Below, one piece after another: positions 1 through 8,934 of a stretch of 64,000 nt of DNA. How positions within the stretch are numbered: position 1 is the stretch's first letter; every line of letters begins with the position of its first letter. The notes beneath the pieces were generated by a model, which saw only the letters and a list, made by a program, of their open reading frames with translations, was not told where the DNA came from and made no database searches. A program made the translations under genes and the position numbers. Location of the stretch: assembly GCA_022842645.1 (NCBI GenBank), contig JALHPE010000001.1:7711-71710 (forward strand). Reading direction: 5' to 3'. This DNA comes from Minisyncoccota bacterium (GTDB taxonomy: Bacteria > Patescibacteriota > Minisyncoccia > Phycocordibacterales > UBA2100).

Positions 1-389
1 GCGCGGTTACCGGAAGCACAATCCCGCCAACGAAACTTAATACGGTCATCGTACATCAACTCAAGACGATGTTTGGCCTCATACACGCACACCTAAAAAC
101 ACTGAAACGCGACCGTCTTCTTCCTGCGGGAATTGTGCTCACCGGCGGTGGCGCTTCTCTTGGAGCAGCAGTGGATGTTGCCCGCTCGACACTGAAGCTC
201 CCTGCTCAAATTGGACTACCCGCCATGTCCGCGCGCGTATCTCCCCTTGACGCCGCATGGGCCTCAGCGCTTGGCCTGTGTCGATGGGGATATGCCGAGG
301 CGCGCATGAGCACGCAACGCCCGCTTGGCGACCTTTCGCGCGCCATGATGGACGGTATCCGATCGCTGTTCCGTTCGTTCCTTCCATAA
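1..389 (+). CDS. ftsA: Cell division protein FtsA, C-terminal part (5' truncated by window)
   Basis: LPAGIVLTGGGA actin-fold motif; directly upstream of ftsZ. Confidence 0.85.
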   Translation, partial: AVTGSTIPPTKLNTVIVHQLKTMFGLIHAHLKTLKRDRLLPAGIVLTGGGASLGAAVDVARSTLKLPAQIGLPAMSARVSPLDAAWASALGLCRWGYAEARMSTQRPLGDLSRAMMDGIRSLFRSFLP

Positions 390-464
390 CTCACAAAGCG
401 CGAATCGGGAATGCGTTCCCGTCAAGATAGGCACGCGTGCGAGTCATGCTACTATGCCTTCAAC

Positions 465-1691
465 ATGGCAAAGCAAGTACGACCAGATGTGGAATCCTTT
501 GCGCGAATTCGTGTCGTTGGCGTTGGCGGCTCTGGTGGTAACACCATTAACCACATGGTCTCGTCGCATGTGATTGGCGTCGACTTTCTCGCAGTCAACA
601 CTGACGCACAGGATCTCGCAAAATCAAAAGCAAAACGCAAGATTCATATTGGTAGAAACCTTACACGCGGCCTCGGAACCGGCATGGATCCCGATTTGGG
701 AAAGCAAGCAGCTGAAGAGACACGCGAAGAGATCCAGGAAGCACTAAAAGGTTCTGACATGGTGTTTGTTACCTGCGGTATGGGCGGCGGCACTGGAACC
801 GGCGCAGCACCCGCTGTCGCAAAAATTGCACGTGAGCTTGGAGCCCTTACTGTCGGTGTTGTAACAAAGCCTTTTAGTTTTGAAGGCGCTCAACGCGGAC
901 GTCTTGCAGAGCAAGGTATTATGGAGCTCCGCAAATCAGTCGATGCAATCATCATCATTCCCAACGACAAACTCCTCTCCGTTGTCGCAAAAGAAACGGG
1001 CATTAAAAATGCGTTTGCGATGTGCGACGATATCCTGAAACAAGCTGTTGAGGGTATTTCAGATCTCATCACGACGACCGGTATCATCAACGTCGACTTT
1101 GCTGATGTACGTTCAATCATGCACAACGCTGGTTCCGCACTCATGGGTATCGGTATGGCAATCGGTGAGAAACGCGCAGAAACAGCCGCGCGTCTTGCCA
1201 TCAACTCCCCACTTCTTGAAGTGTCCATCAACGGCGCAAAGGGTGTACTCTTTTCTGTCGCAGGTGGTGATGATCTCTCTATGCTCGAAGTGCAAGAAGC
1301 GGCAAATGCGATTACTGAAGCTATTGACCCCGAGGCAAAGGTTATTTTTGGCGCCGTAACAGACGAAACTCTCAAGAAAGGACAAATCAAAGTTACTGTT
1401 ATCGCAACAGGATTCCCAGAAAATGTTGGCGGGCGTGTAGCATATCCGGCACAACCAATGCCTGCACGACTCGCAAAACGTGAGCCCGAAATGCCTCCAG
1501 TAAGAAAAATGGAGCAACCGACCCAAGCTCCTGCATCGACACCCATGCCAGCTCCTCAGATAATAAAAGAATCGACACCCCCCGTGAAAGATCAACAGAA
1601 ACCCCGCGAACTCGCGCCCCAACAAAAGCAGGATGTGAATGAAGAAGATGATATCTGGGGAGGCTTTCCTTCATTTCTTCGCAGGAAATAG
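465..1691 (+). CDS. ftsZ: Cell division GTPase FtsZ
   Basis: [17 protein letters not shown] tubulin signature, NVDFAD, C-terminal PSFLRRK peptide; start moved to ATG 465 (MAKQV). Confidence 0.98.
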   Translation: MAKQVRPDVESFARIRVVGVGGSGGNTINHMVSSHVIGVDFLAVNTDAQDLAKSKAKRKIHIGRNLTRGLGTGMDPDLGKQAAEETREEIQEALKGSDMVFVTCGMGGGTGTGAAPAVAKIARELGALTVGVVTKPFSFEGAQRGRLAEQGIMELRKSVDAIIIIPNDKLLSVVAKETGIKNAFAMCDDILKQAVEGISDLITTTGIINVDFADVRSIMHNAGSALMGIGMAIGEKRAETAARLAINSPLLEVSINGAKGVLFSVAGGDDLSMLEVQEAANAITEAIDPEAKVIFGAVTDETLKKGQIKVTVIATGFPENVGGRVAYPAQPMPARLAKREPEMPPVRKMEQPTQAPASTPMPAPQIIKESTPPVKDQQKPRELAPQQKQDVNEEDDIWGGFPSFLRRK

Positions 1692-1773
1692 TCTGTAGAC
1701 TATAGTTTGTAGTCTGTAGTAAAATATAGAGACTTTTTGTTTACTACAAACTACAGTCTACACACTAAAAACT
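1690..1773. repeat. Inverted pair of heptamer tandem arrays (TAGTCTG/TAGTTTG ... CTACAAA/CTACAGT)
   Basis: agtctgtagactatagtttgtagtctgtagt followed by actacaaactacagtctacacactaaaaact. Confidence 0.85.
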
Positions 1774-2700
1774 ATGTATGATCTCGCAATTGTTGGTGGT
1801 GGCCCAGCTGGAATATCGGCGGCCGTCTACGCTGCGCGCAAGCGCCTTAAAACAGTGTTGATTACTGATGACTGGGGCGGGCAAAGCACGGTCTCCCCCG
1901 AAATTCAAAATTGGATCGGGGATCCTTCTATCTCTGGTGCTGATCTTGCAAAGAAACTTCGCGGACACGTCGAGAGTTATAAAGGCGAGTGGCTGGAAAT
2001 CGTCTCGCCCCACCGCGCACAAAGTGTTAAGGAAGTTGAAGGAGGTGTCGAAATTTCGTGCACCGATGGCTCAACGCACACTGCTCGCACACTCCTTGTC
2101 GCAAGCGGCTCAAATCGCCGTAAACTTGAGATCCCAGGTGCCAAAGAGTTTGATAACAAAGGCGTCACCTACTGCGCTTCATGTGATGGCCCTCTCTTTG
2201 CTGATATGGATGTTGCGGTAGTGGGAGGCGGAAACGCGGCATTTGAAACCGCTATGCAGCTCCTCGCATATTGCAAAAGTGTCTCGCTCTTTAATCGTTC
2301 CGATGTATTCCGCGCTGACGAGCTCACTGTCGAGAAGGTTTTGAAGCATCCAAAGATGAAAACGTTCACCAACACACAACTGGTTGCGATTGAGGGGGAA
2401 AAGTTCGTCTCTGGCCTGCGCTATAAAGACGCGAACAGTGCAGAGCAGGTACTCCCTGTTGCTGGCATCTTCGTAGAGATTGGACTCGTCCCTAACACTG
2501 CGTGGCTTGGGAGTATCGTAAAAATGAACGAATACAATCAAGTCATTGCCGACCCGTACACCCAGCGCACTTCACACTCTCGTCTCTGGGCAGCGGGAGA
2601 TTGTACCGACGGCAGATATCATCAAAACAACATCGCCGCCGGTGATGCTGTCAAAGCACTCGAAGACATTTACGCTTTTGTGCACAAAGAAAAGAATTAG
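1774..2700 (+). CDS. trxB: Thioredoxin reductase (TrxB/AhpF-C-like FAD oxidoreductase)
   Basis: GGGPAG FAD motif, CASCDG redox motif, GGGNAA NAD(P) motif, AAGD. Confidence 0.9.
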   Translation: MYDLAIVGGGPAGISAAVYAARKRLKTVLITDDWGGQSTVSPEIQNWIGDPSISGADLAKKLRGHVESYKGEWLEIVSPHRAQSVKEVEGGVEISCTDGSTHTARTLLVASGSNRRKLEIPGAKEFDNKGVTYCASCDGPLFADMDVAVVGGGNAAFETAMQLLAYCKSVSLFNRSDVFRADELTVEKVLKHPKMKTFTNTQLVAIEGEKFVSGLRYKDANSAEQVLPVAGIFVEIGLVPNTAWLGSIVKMNEYNQVIADPYTQRTSHSRLWAAGDCTDGRYHQNNIAAGDAVKALEDIYAFVHKEKN

Positions 2701-2724
2701 ATTCTCCTGCTGAGATATGAGAAA

Positions 2725-2752
2725 AAAGACCCGGCTCTAAGGCCGGGTCTTT
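2725..2752. terminator. Hairpin terminator between convergent genes
   Basis: aaagacccggc-tctaag-gccgggtcttt. Confidence 0.75.
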
Positions 2753-2754
2753 CG

Positions 2755-3513
2755 TTATCGTGAACTCATCAACTTTGTAAGTTCATCGATTTTATCTTCG
2801 AGACTTCGTAACCGTTCACTCGTTGTGTCTTCTTGCATGGCGTTCGCGGCAATACCTACGATCACACTCAGAAGGAGGAAGACTGTGGTCGCAATAAAGA
2901 ACACGAACAGAAGCCATGACCACGGATACACTTCCATGACAGGTCGAGCGACGTCAGACCATGCGTCAAGCGTCATAATCTGAAAGAACGTAAAGAGCGA
3001 TATGAAGAGGTTGCCGAACTTCTCAGGAAACGCTTGGCCAAACATCTGGGATGCCATCACTGCTGCAACATAGTGCAGTAAGACGAGTACGCCAAGTACA
3101 GCTGCGAATCCTCCTATGGCACGCCCAATGCCCGTAACCACATTGCGAAGTGCCGGTACAACAGAAACAAGTCGCAGCGCACGAAGAATACGCAGTGTTC
3201 GTAGTGCCGAGGCGTTTTCAACAAACGGCGCCATGGTCAGCGCGACGATGATGAAGTCGAACCAGTTCCAGCCCTGTTTCCAGTGGAAGAACGCTGCGCG
3301 GTGAACATAGATCCTAAGACTTAGTTCACCCACGAAAAAAACAATAAACGCGAGATCTATTGCGCGCAACAGCGTGCCGTGAGTTTGCATGACGCTGGGG
3401 AAAGTTTCTATTCCTAGCACAAGTGCGTTTAAACAAATCACGGTAATAACCGTTCGTTCAAAGCGCGGATCTTCAATTATCGCGGATATACGTGTAGTCA
3501 TGCGAATCTCCAT
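2755..3513 (-). CDS. Bacterial voltage-gated cation channel (BacNav/Ion_trans family)
   Basis: 6 TM pattern, WNWFDF in S3, S4 LRTLRILRALRL, pore FQIMTLDAWSD. Confidence 0.9.
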   Translation of the reverse strand: MEIRMTTRISAIIEDPRFERTVITVICLNALVLGIETFPSVMQTHGTLLRAIDLAFIVFFVGELSLRIYVHRAAFFHWKQGWNWFDFIIVALTMAPFVENASALRTLRILRALRLVSVVPALRNVVTGIGRAIGGFAAVLGVLVLLHYVAAVMASQMFGQAFPEKFGNLFISLFTFFQIMTLDAWSDVARPVMEVYPWSWLLFVFFIATTVFLLLSVIVGIAANAMQEDTTSERLRSLEDKIDELTKLMSSR

Positions 3514-3581
3514 TACCTGCTACCCCAATGGATATATCACGCGCGACCCGAATCTACAACGTATGTGATTGTGGGGGGTTA

Positions 3582-3720
3582 TTTTGAGGAGAGGGAGAGA
3601 TTCGGTCACAAATAATTCTTGTGCCGACGCACAAGAATTTCCGCGACCCCGACTCGGCGACCCGCGTGCTCGCGGGTACCCCGCCTCCGTCTTTCGAATC
3701 TCCCCCTCTTCCTGCAAAAA
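3582..3720 (-). repeat. tRNA-3'-end-flanked structured element (inverted tRNA-Ser 3' copy, core, direct tRNA-Ser 3' copy)
   Basis: ttttgaggagagggagagattcg matches tRNA-Ser 3' end; cgaatctccccctcttcctgcaaaaa is its inverted copy; internal hairpins. Confidence 0.75.
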
Positions 3721-3759
3721 TATAGTCGCCCAACACATGTGTTGGGCTCGTTATTTTTG

Positions 3760-3844
3760 CGGAGAGGGAGAGATTCGAACTCTCGAGGCCTTGCGACCTG
3801 GCGGTTTTCGAAACCGCTCGTTTCAACCACTCACGCACCTCTCC
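3760..3844 (-). tRNA. tRNA-Ser(CGA)
   Basis: GGAGAGG acceptor, anticodon arm GCGGT-TTCGAAA-ACCGC, long variable arm, GTTCGAATC. Confidence 0.95.
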
Positions 3845-4093
3845 GTAGGCACGATACTAACAGAACATAGGCCTTTTGCACACTTCAAGTTGTTTCCGAT
3901 GGTAAATCCATTTTTCCGGGATGAGAAGTAAGCGCCTCTAGAATGGCGCGACGCAACTTCTCTGCCCCGTCTTCAGGACGGGGTAAATGTTCAAAAGATT
4001 CTTTCACCTTTTAAGCATACCACGTCCTTTAATCCGCCCCCTCCCATACCCTCTTCATAAGTGCCAAAAAGTGTTGTAGTATGCGCCGCGTAA

Positions 4094-4165
4094 GGCCTCA
4101 TCGTCTAACGGCTAGGACAGCGCCTTTTCAAGGCGTTAATCGGGGTTCGATTCCCCGTGAGGTCA
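4094..4165 (+). tRNA. tRNA-Glu(TTC)
   Basis: GGCCTCA..TGAGGTC acceptor, GCGCC-TTTTCAA-GGCGT anticodon arm, GGTTCGATTCC. Confidence 0.95.
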
Positions 4166-5852
4166 AAGACAGAGATTTATCAACCTTGAATTGTTCAGAA
4201 AGCCTGAAAATAGGCTGTAATTTTGGTGTTCCATTAAGGATTTCGTGGTAGGTTGGTGTTTTCTCAAAAAACAACGACATTAAAGCCCTTCGAGACTGTA
4301 AATCATCAGCCTTTTCGAGTATTTCAGCAGGGTGTTCCATTACGCGCTTTGCGTAACGAATAAAGCCCTTGATTCCTTTTTCGTTTACCTCAATCGTGCC
4401 ACGCTTACTCTCCGCATCTTTGATCTGTACGTCGAGCGCTTCAATCTCTCTTTCAAGCATCTTTCTCGTAATGATGCTTTCTGCAACTTCAAACGCTTTT
4501 AGTTTCTGGGCTTGCTCTGCCTTAAGTTCGCTTACACTCCTGCTGATTGCCGATGACATTTCAACAATGTCTTTCTCTTTCGAGCGATATTTGCGTACCA
4601 ACTTCTCTTCAAGTTTCTCCAAAAAACCCTTTTCAAAGCGAAGATTATCAATGTAGTTTTTAACACACTTCTCAAGATCTGCTTTTCTAACTCTGAATCC
4701 AGAGTGTGCTCGCTTTCCGTTTTTCACTCCTCCACAATGATACGCGGGAAAATGCTTACCTGACTTTCCGCGAGGTGCACTACCCAAAAGTTCCGAGGTG
4801 CAGAATGGGCAAGTAATCACTTTCCACGGATAGTCTGGATTGTTACGTAAACGTTTGGTTTTACCCCACGGAGAATAGTTATAAAGTACCTCCACGCTCC
4901 CATCCCCATGCTCCTTAACGAAAACTTTGCCGCGATTTGCTCGATTAAAAAGATCAACCGAAACCAGTCCATTGAATTCTCGTAGTCGTACTGGTTGATG
5001 CTTTGTCCACGACTCACAAACAATGCCTGCATATTCTGTTTGCGTAATACGTCTTTGTAATTGTTTAACAGTAAGTAATTTGCCGCCCTTCTTTCCAACT
5101 ACGGTCGGATGCTCTTTATTACTCCGATCCCAGCGTCGAGTCGTTAAGGTGCGATATCCCATTGCGTTTATGGTTTTAACAATCTCATTGTCATCAACGC
5201 CAGCCGCGCGCATCTCAAATATTTTTACCCAGTAATGTGATCGCTCTGGATCAGTCGCGCGAATCACACGGTCTTTTCCATCATAGAAAAATCGCTTATT
5301 AATCATTCCGTCTGGCGCACGACGAGTTGCCCATCCTTCTCTGGCATAGCGAATTTGTGCACCAATCATTCTCGTTAAAATCTGTCTTACTTCTTGCTCA
5401 CCATTATAGGCTGTTATCATTTCAGCCGATTCACTTGGGTAGTATTCACTCCACTTATATTTAACCCCAAGGTGTTCAAGTGTGTTACGTTCAGGCTGAA
5501 TTATTCCATATACGTCGCACATTTGAACACCTAATTCAGCAAGTTCGCGCTTCATCCTCTCGTAAACCACATAACCTGCCCTTGTTGCACGATCAATACA
5601 TTTGATAATGTATTTTTTAATGGGCTTATCAGTGTGTATTCGACTACGGATGTACATTTTTACTTCCTCAAAATCTTGTCTTTCTTTAGTGGTTCCGGAA
5701 TGCGGTTTCTTGAAAACCTCTGCAACGATCCAACCACTACGTTCGGCAAACTGTCTTCCAAGTTTTTCCTGATCATCCAAACTGTCGCCCTTAAGTTGGG
5801 AGGGGTCGCTTACACGGCAATCAATTACGCAGTATGTAGGTCTTTCAGTCAT
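4128..5852 (-). CDS. Large serine recombinase (resolvase + recombinase + zinc-ribbon domains)
   Basis: N-terminal CRVSDPSQ catalytic motif, DR motif, CPFC..YHC zinc ribbon, coiled coil; AGGAGT RBS before ATG 5852; 3' end overlaps tRNA-Glu. Confidence 0.9.
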   Translation of the reverse strand: MTERPTYCVIDCRVSDPSQLKGDSLDDQEKLGRQFAERSGWIVAEVFKKPHSGTTKERQDFEEVKMYIRSRIHTDKPIKKYIIKCIDRATRAGYVVYERMKRELAELGVQMCDVYGIIQPERNTLEHLGVKYKWSEYYPSESAEMITAYNGEQEVRQILTRMIGAQIRYAREGWATRRAPDGMINKRFFYDGKDRVIRATDPERSHYWVKIFEMRAAGVDDNEIVKTINAMGYRTLTTRRWDRSNKEHPTVVGKKGGKLLTVKQLQRRITQTEYAGIVCESWTKHQPVRLREFNGLVSVDLFNRANRGKVFVKEHGDGSVEVLYNYSPWGKTKRLRNNPDYPWKVITCPFCTSELLGSAPRGKSGKHFPAYHCGGVKNGKRAHSGFRVRKADLEKCVKNYIDNLRFEKGFLEKLEEKLVRKYRSKEKDIVEMSSAISRSVSELKAEQAQKLKAFEVAESIITRKMLEREIEALDVQIKDAESKRGTIEVNEKGIKGFIRYAKRVMEHPAEILEKADDLQSRRALMSLFFEKTPTYHEILNGTPKLQPIFRLSEQFKVDKSLSLTSRGIEPRLTP

Positions 5853-5856
5853 ACTC

Positions 5857-6036
5857 CTACATTTTAACAACTTTTCTTCTTGTAGAAACTATATTCTTCT
5901 CACGAATCCACATATCTAACAGCGTATCTGCAAGATGATCTAACAATATATCCACATTAACATTTAAGTTGTTATCTGACGGATTAGATTTTGTAGCGGT
6001 CAACTGTTGGAGGAAGTTATCTTGACCCGAACTCAT
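5857..6036 (-). CDS. 59-aa hypothetical protein immediately upstream of the recombinase
   Basis: Hand translation MSSGQDNF...RRKVVKM*; stop 4 nt before recombinase ATG; below ORF-track cutoff. Confidence 0.5.
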   Translation of the reverse strand: MSSGQDNFLQQLTATKSNPSDNNLNVNVDILLDHLADTLLDMWIREKNIVSTRRKVVKM

Positions 6037-6106
6037 AAAGTTCAGGTTCGTGTGTTATGACTCGTTGCGCAAACGAATGTACAAGTTTCTAAAATTCAGT
6101 AAAAAA

Positions 6107-6176
6107 TAAAAGTCGGCTATATAGCCGGATAATTTTTTTACGTTTTTTATGAAATCGGCTATATAGCCGACTTTTA
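6107..6176. repeat. Inverted repeat pair with palindromic CGGCTATATAGCCG cores
   Basis: taaaagtcggctatatagccg (6107-6127) and cggctatatagccgactttta (6156-6176). Confidence 0.85.
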
Positions 6177-6484
6177 ACTTATCCCCAACATATGGACTTA
6201 TTCATGACAACACAAAGCGGAACCTTAACCGTCAAGAGTTGTTGTGTTGAGCGTACGAAGCAAGTAAACTGTCTACGTTCGCCCTCAAAGCGAACATTTC
6301 AAAACAAAGACCTAAACCCTCGCTTCGGCGGTGGCATGGTCTAAAAGTCGGATGGAGCGTAGGAACCCCGTCATGTGGTTGCTTCATCCGCCGTATCGGG
6401 AAACCGGTGCGTTCGCGTAAGCGAAGACCCGTGGCGGGTTTTGTGTTTTCTAAAATTCCGCCTTTACAAGAAAAGTGAACACAT

Positions 6485-6613
6485 ATGGACTACGATGATC
6501 TGACAAACGAAGTGGAAGAACTTAAAGCGCAAATCTATAAACTGCGTAGTGAATTAAACTTCTTTGCCACATGTTTTGGATTTGTAGTGCTTATGATCCT
6601 GATATGGAAATAA
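6485..6613 (+). CDS. 42-aa small protein, coiled coil plus C-terminal TM helix
   Basis: Hand translation MDYDDLTNEVEELKAQIYKLRSELNFFATCFGFVVLMILIWK*; co-oriented with next ORF. Confidence 0.55.
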   Translation: MDYDDLTNEVEELKAQIYKLRSELNFFATCFGFVVLMILIWK

Positions 6614-6623
6614 CTAAACTCCT

Positions 6624-6866
6624 ATGCAATATCTAACCCTCACAATACTCGCAGTCGCTTTCTTTGCAGGGCAAGCGTTTTTAACTCTCACTCTCCAACA
6701 AAAAGAAAGTAACGAGGAGTTTGCAAAACACGTTCAAGAAAAGATCTTTGATGATTGTTTCGACTACTACGCGGCAACCTCACGAGAAAGAGGTATTGAT
6801 AAAACCACAATTCAGACATGCGTAGACAAGACGAGCGATTGGATGAAGTCTATAAACAATCTGTAA
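6624..6866 (+). CDS. Small membrane-anchored/secreted hypothetical protein
   Basis: N-terminal hydrophobic helix, two Cys. Confidence 0.6.
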   Translation: MQYLTLTILAVAFFAGQAFLTLTLQQKESNEEFAKHVQEKIFDDCFDYYAATSRERGIDKTTIQTCVDKTSDWMKSINNL

Positions 6867-6889
6867 ATTTATTCCGCGCGGAATGAGAA

Positions 6890-7276
6890 TTAAGCAAACT
6901 CGGCTTTATCCTCCTCGGCAGGTTCCAACATTTTTGACTGCAACATATCAAGCCGCTCCTGTGCGAGAGTGAGTTCAAACCCTCGCGCATTCCTCCCAAA
7001 TTCGTCTGGACAGCGTTTTTCCAAGTATCGCATGGCAAGATGCGGGTCTCGCTCTAAATTGTCTACAACGGTCTTTTTTGCCTTTAAAATGGGGTTCAGT
7101 TTCCACCTCGCTTTTTGCTCCACAAAGTCTGGGGTTGCCGTCTGATAGTTATACAGCGTTTGTGGTGCAATTTTGGCTGAATTACAGGCTTCTTCGTCTG
7201 TTGCCCCTATCTGAAAAGCGTCTTCGAGTTTTTGGAGTACGCGAGGAGTGATTTTTTTGGGTCTGCCGAGTGTCAT
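6890..7276 (-). CDS. Phage terminase small subunit-like HTH protein
   Basis: GRPKKIT start, GATDEEAC..AKI..QTLYNY HTH, AMRYLEKR..DEFG C-terminal motif typical of TerS-like proteins. Confidence 0.65.
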   Translation of the reverse strand: MTLGRPKKITPRVLQKLEDAFQIGATDEEACNSAKIAPQTLYNYQTATPDFVEQKARWKLNPILKAKKTVVDNLERDPHLAMRYLEKRCPDEFGRNARGFELTLAQERLDMLQSKMLEPAEEDKAEFA

Positions 7277-7311
7277 ATCACTATTTTACCGGAAATAAAC
7301 ACGCTGATACA

Positions 7312-8598
7312 ATGCTGTCCAATCTACCCACCATGTCTGGATTCCTGAAAACACGAGAAGTCTTTGAAGAAACGTATCGCGTTGACGATTTGTTGGATTT
7401 TTCGAGTGAAATCAATCGTCTTGATTCGGTAATTCAGCAAGCACCTTACTCGGCGTTGGTTGGATACGTGGGACGTTTTGGCTCTGGAAAGAGCACGGCT
7501 ATTTACCAATTGCGTAAACAGTATGAGCAAGCAAAAAAATCTAAGTGGTTTGAGTTTGATGCATGGAAATATCCCGAACGTCGTGATCTGTGGGAGGGCT
7601 TTGTACTCGATATCGCAGATCAAATGGGGAGCAGAAAGAGAGTGAAGAAGCAGATTGACGGCGATACGAAAACATCGAAAACAGTTGGTGCGATCTCTGA
7701 AATCGCACAAGGGCTTGCCGCTTTCACTGGTCTTTCCTACCTCGTCAGCAAATTTGCACACCTATTCGATAAACAACCCATTGAGCGCGTTTTTGAGTTG
7801 CAAGAGATCCTTGTTGCGATGTTCGGCGCAGTAAAAGAAAAAGACATTTTCATTGTGGTCGAGGATATAGATCGATCAGGTGATGCGGGGCAATATTTCC
7901 TGGAAACACTGCGGCAATTTATTAAGAATAACCTCGCTGAAAAGCGCATCGTTATTCTCGTGCCTATCGGCTCAGAAATTTACGACAAAGAAGACGATCT
8001 TCACGACTCCTTGCAAAAAGTACTCGATTACCAGGTGCATTTTGAACCTCGGTCGGTGAAATACTCAAAGTTCCTGGATTATTTTGATGAAAGTACGTTT
8101 CCTGCAACTCACACCGTGCAAGCGAACGTGCAGGATAAATCTCTTTGGCGAGAGCATATTGAAGACTGGTTTGCTCTTGCGGCTCGTAATGGTCTAAACA
8201 TACGAAAGATTAAATCCGCTGTTCGTGAAGCAAACGCCGCCTTTATTGATCTCCGAGCAAAAGAATTTAAACCCGATCCTCGAATTGTACTCGCAATCAC
8301 TCTGCTTAATTATGTTTACACAGAAGGAAAGAAACGATGGGTAACGCGACTTGAAACCAAGCATGATATTACGAGTAATTGTCCTATTTATAATTATCTG
8401 CAAGTTGTCGCGCGTAACCAGCGACTGTCAGAATACCCAGGGCACTGGAGACCAGGAGCAACGCATTTTGTTGAGGATCGAGAGTTAATCCTTCCGGCGT
8501 ATGTGACTGATTCTAGAGCGCCGAACGGAGAGCCGACAGGAAGATTTTGGCTCTCGGATTTTTACTTAATTCCCTTTGGTAGAAATACCCAAGGATAG
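7312..8598 (+). CDS. KAP-family P-loop NTPase
   Basis: Walker A GRFGSGKS, FDAWKY, Walker B VVEDIDR, LQKVLD; start 7312 or 7333. Confidence 0.85.
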   Translation: MLSNLPTMSGFLKTREVFEETYRVDDLLDFSSEINRLDSVIQQAPYSALVGYVGRFGSGKSTAIYQLRKQYEQAKKSKWFEFDAWKYPERRDLWEGFVLDIADQMGSRKRVKKQIDGDTKTSKTVGAISEIAQGLAAFTGLSYLVSKFAHLFDKQPIERVFELQEILVAMFGAVKEKDIFIVVEDIDRSGDAGQYFLETLRQFIKNNLAEKRIVILVPIGSEIYDKEDDLHDSLQKVLDYQVHFEPRSVKYSKFLDYFDESTFPATHTVQANVQDKSLWREHIEDWFALAARNGLNIRKIKSAVREANAAFIDLRAKEFKPDPRIVLAITLLNYVYTEGKKRWVTRLETKHDITSNCPIYNYLQVVARNQRLSEYPGHWRPGATHFVEDRELILPAYVTDSRAPNGEPTGRFWLSDFYLIPFGRNTQG

Positions 8599-8794
8599 TA
8601 GATAATATAGTTCGATAGATCATTGGGTACATAAAATTCAGTGCTTCTATTGCTCAAATACCTTGTTTTATGTGACAAATTCAGTACCCGATGATCCAAT
8701 ACGTACAAGGCTAAATACCTGATTCCAGTGCAAAACAGTATTTTCTATAGTGTTCCAGTCAAAGTACAATGGGCTCAAATCGAACGAAGTGAGG

Positions 8795-8896
8795 TTTGAC
8801 CTCACGGGGAAGAAAGGGGTCGGGAAAACATTCTGTTTTCCCGTGGAGGAAGGATTGGGAAAACCGTGGGTTTCCCAGAACCCCGTTGTGGTCAAA
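8795..8896 (+). repeat. tRNA-Glu-3'-flanked structured element
   Basis: tttgacctcacggggaa = exact inverted 17-bp copy of 4151-4167; core gaaaggggtcgggaaaac..gttttcccgtg; degenerate direct copy ccccgttgtggtcaaa. Confidence 0.8.
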
Positions 8897-8934
8897 ATTC
8901 ATGCCGATGCCTTAACGCCTGGTACAATGTCTCC

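Larger units (their letters stand above)
4166..8794. mobile_element. Small integrated genomic island at tRNA-Glu
   Basis: Recombinase abutting tRNA, visibly AT-richer sequence, tRNA-3'-end copies at 8795-8811 and 8881-8896. Confidence 0.75.

Noticed and set aside
3520-3931. Several short overlapping ORFs
   Set aside because: Explained by tRNA-Ser and the adjacent palindromic element
6290-6370. c-di-GMP-I riboswitch resemblance (GGTCTAA)
   Set aside because: The GCAAA/GAAA..ACGCAAAG core is not found
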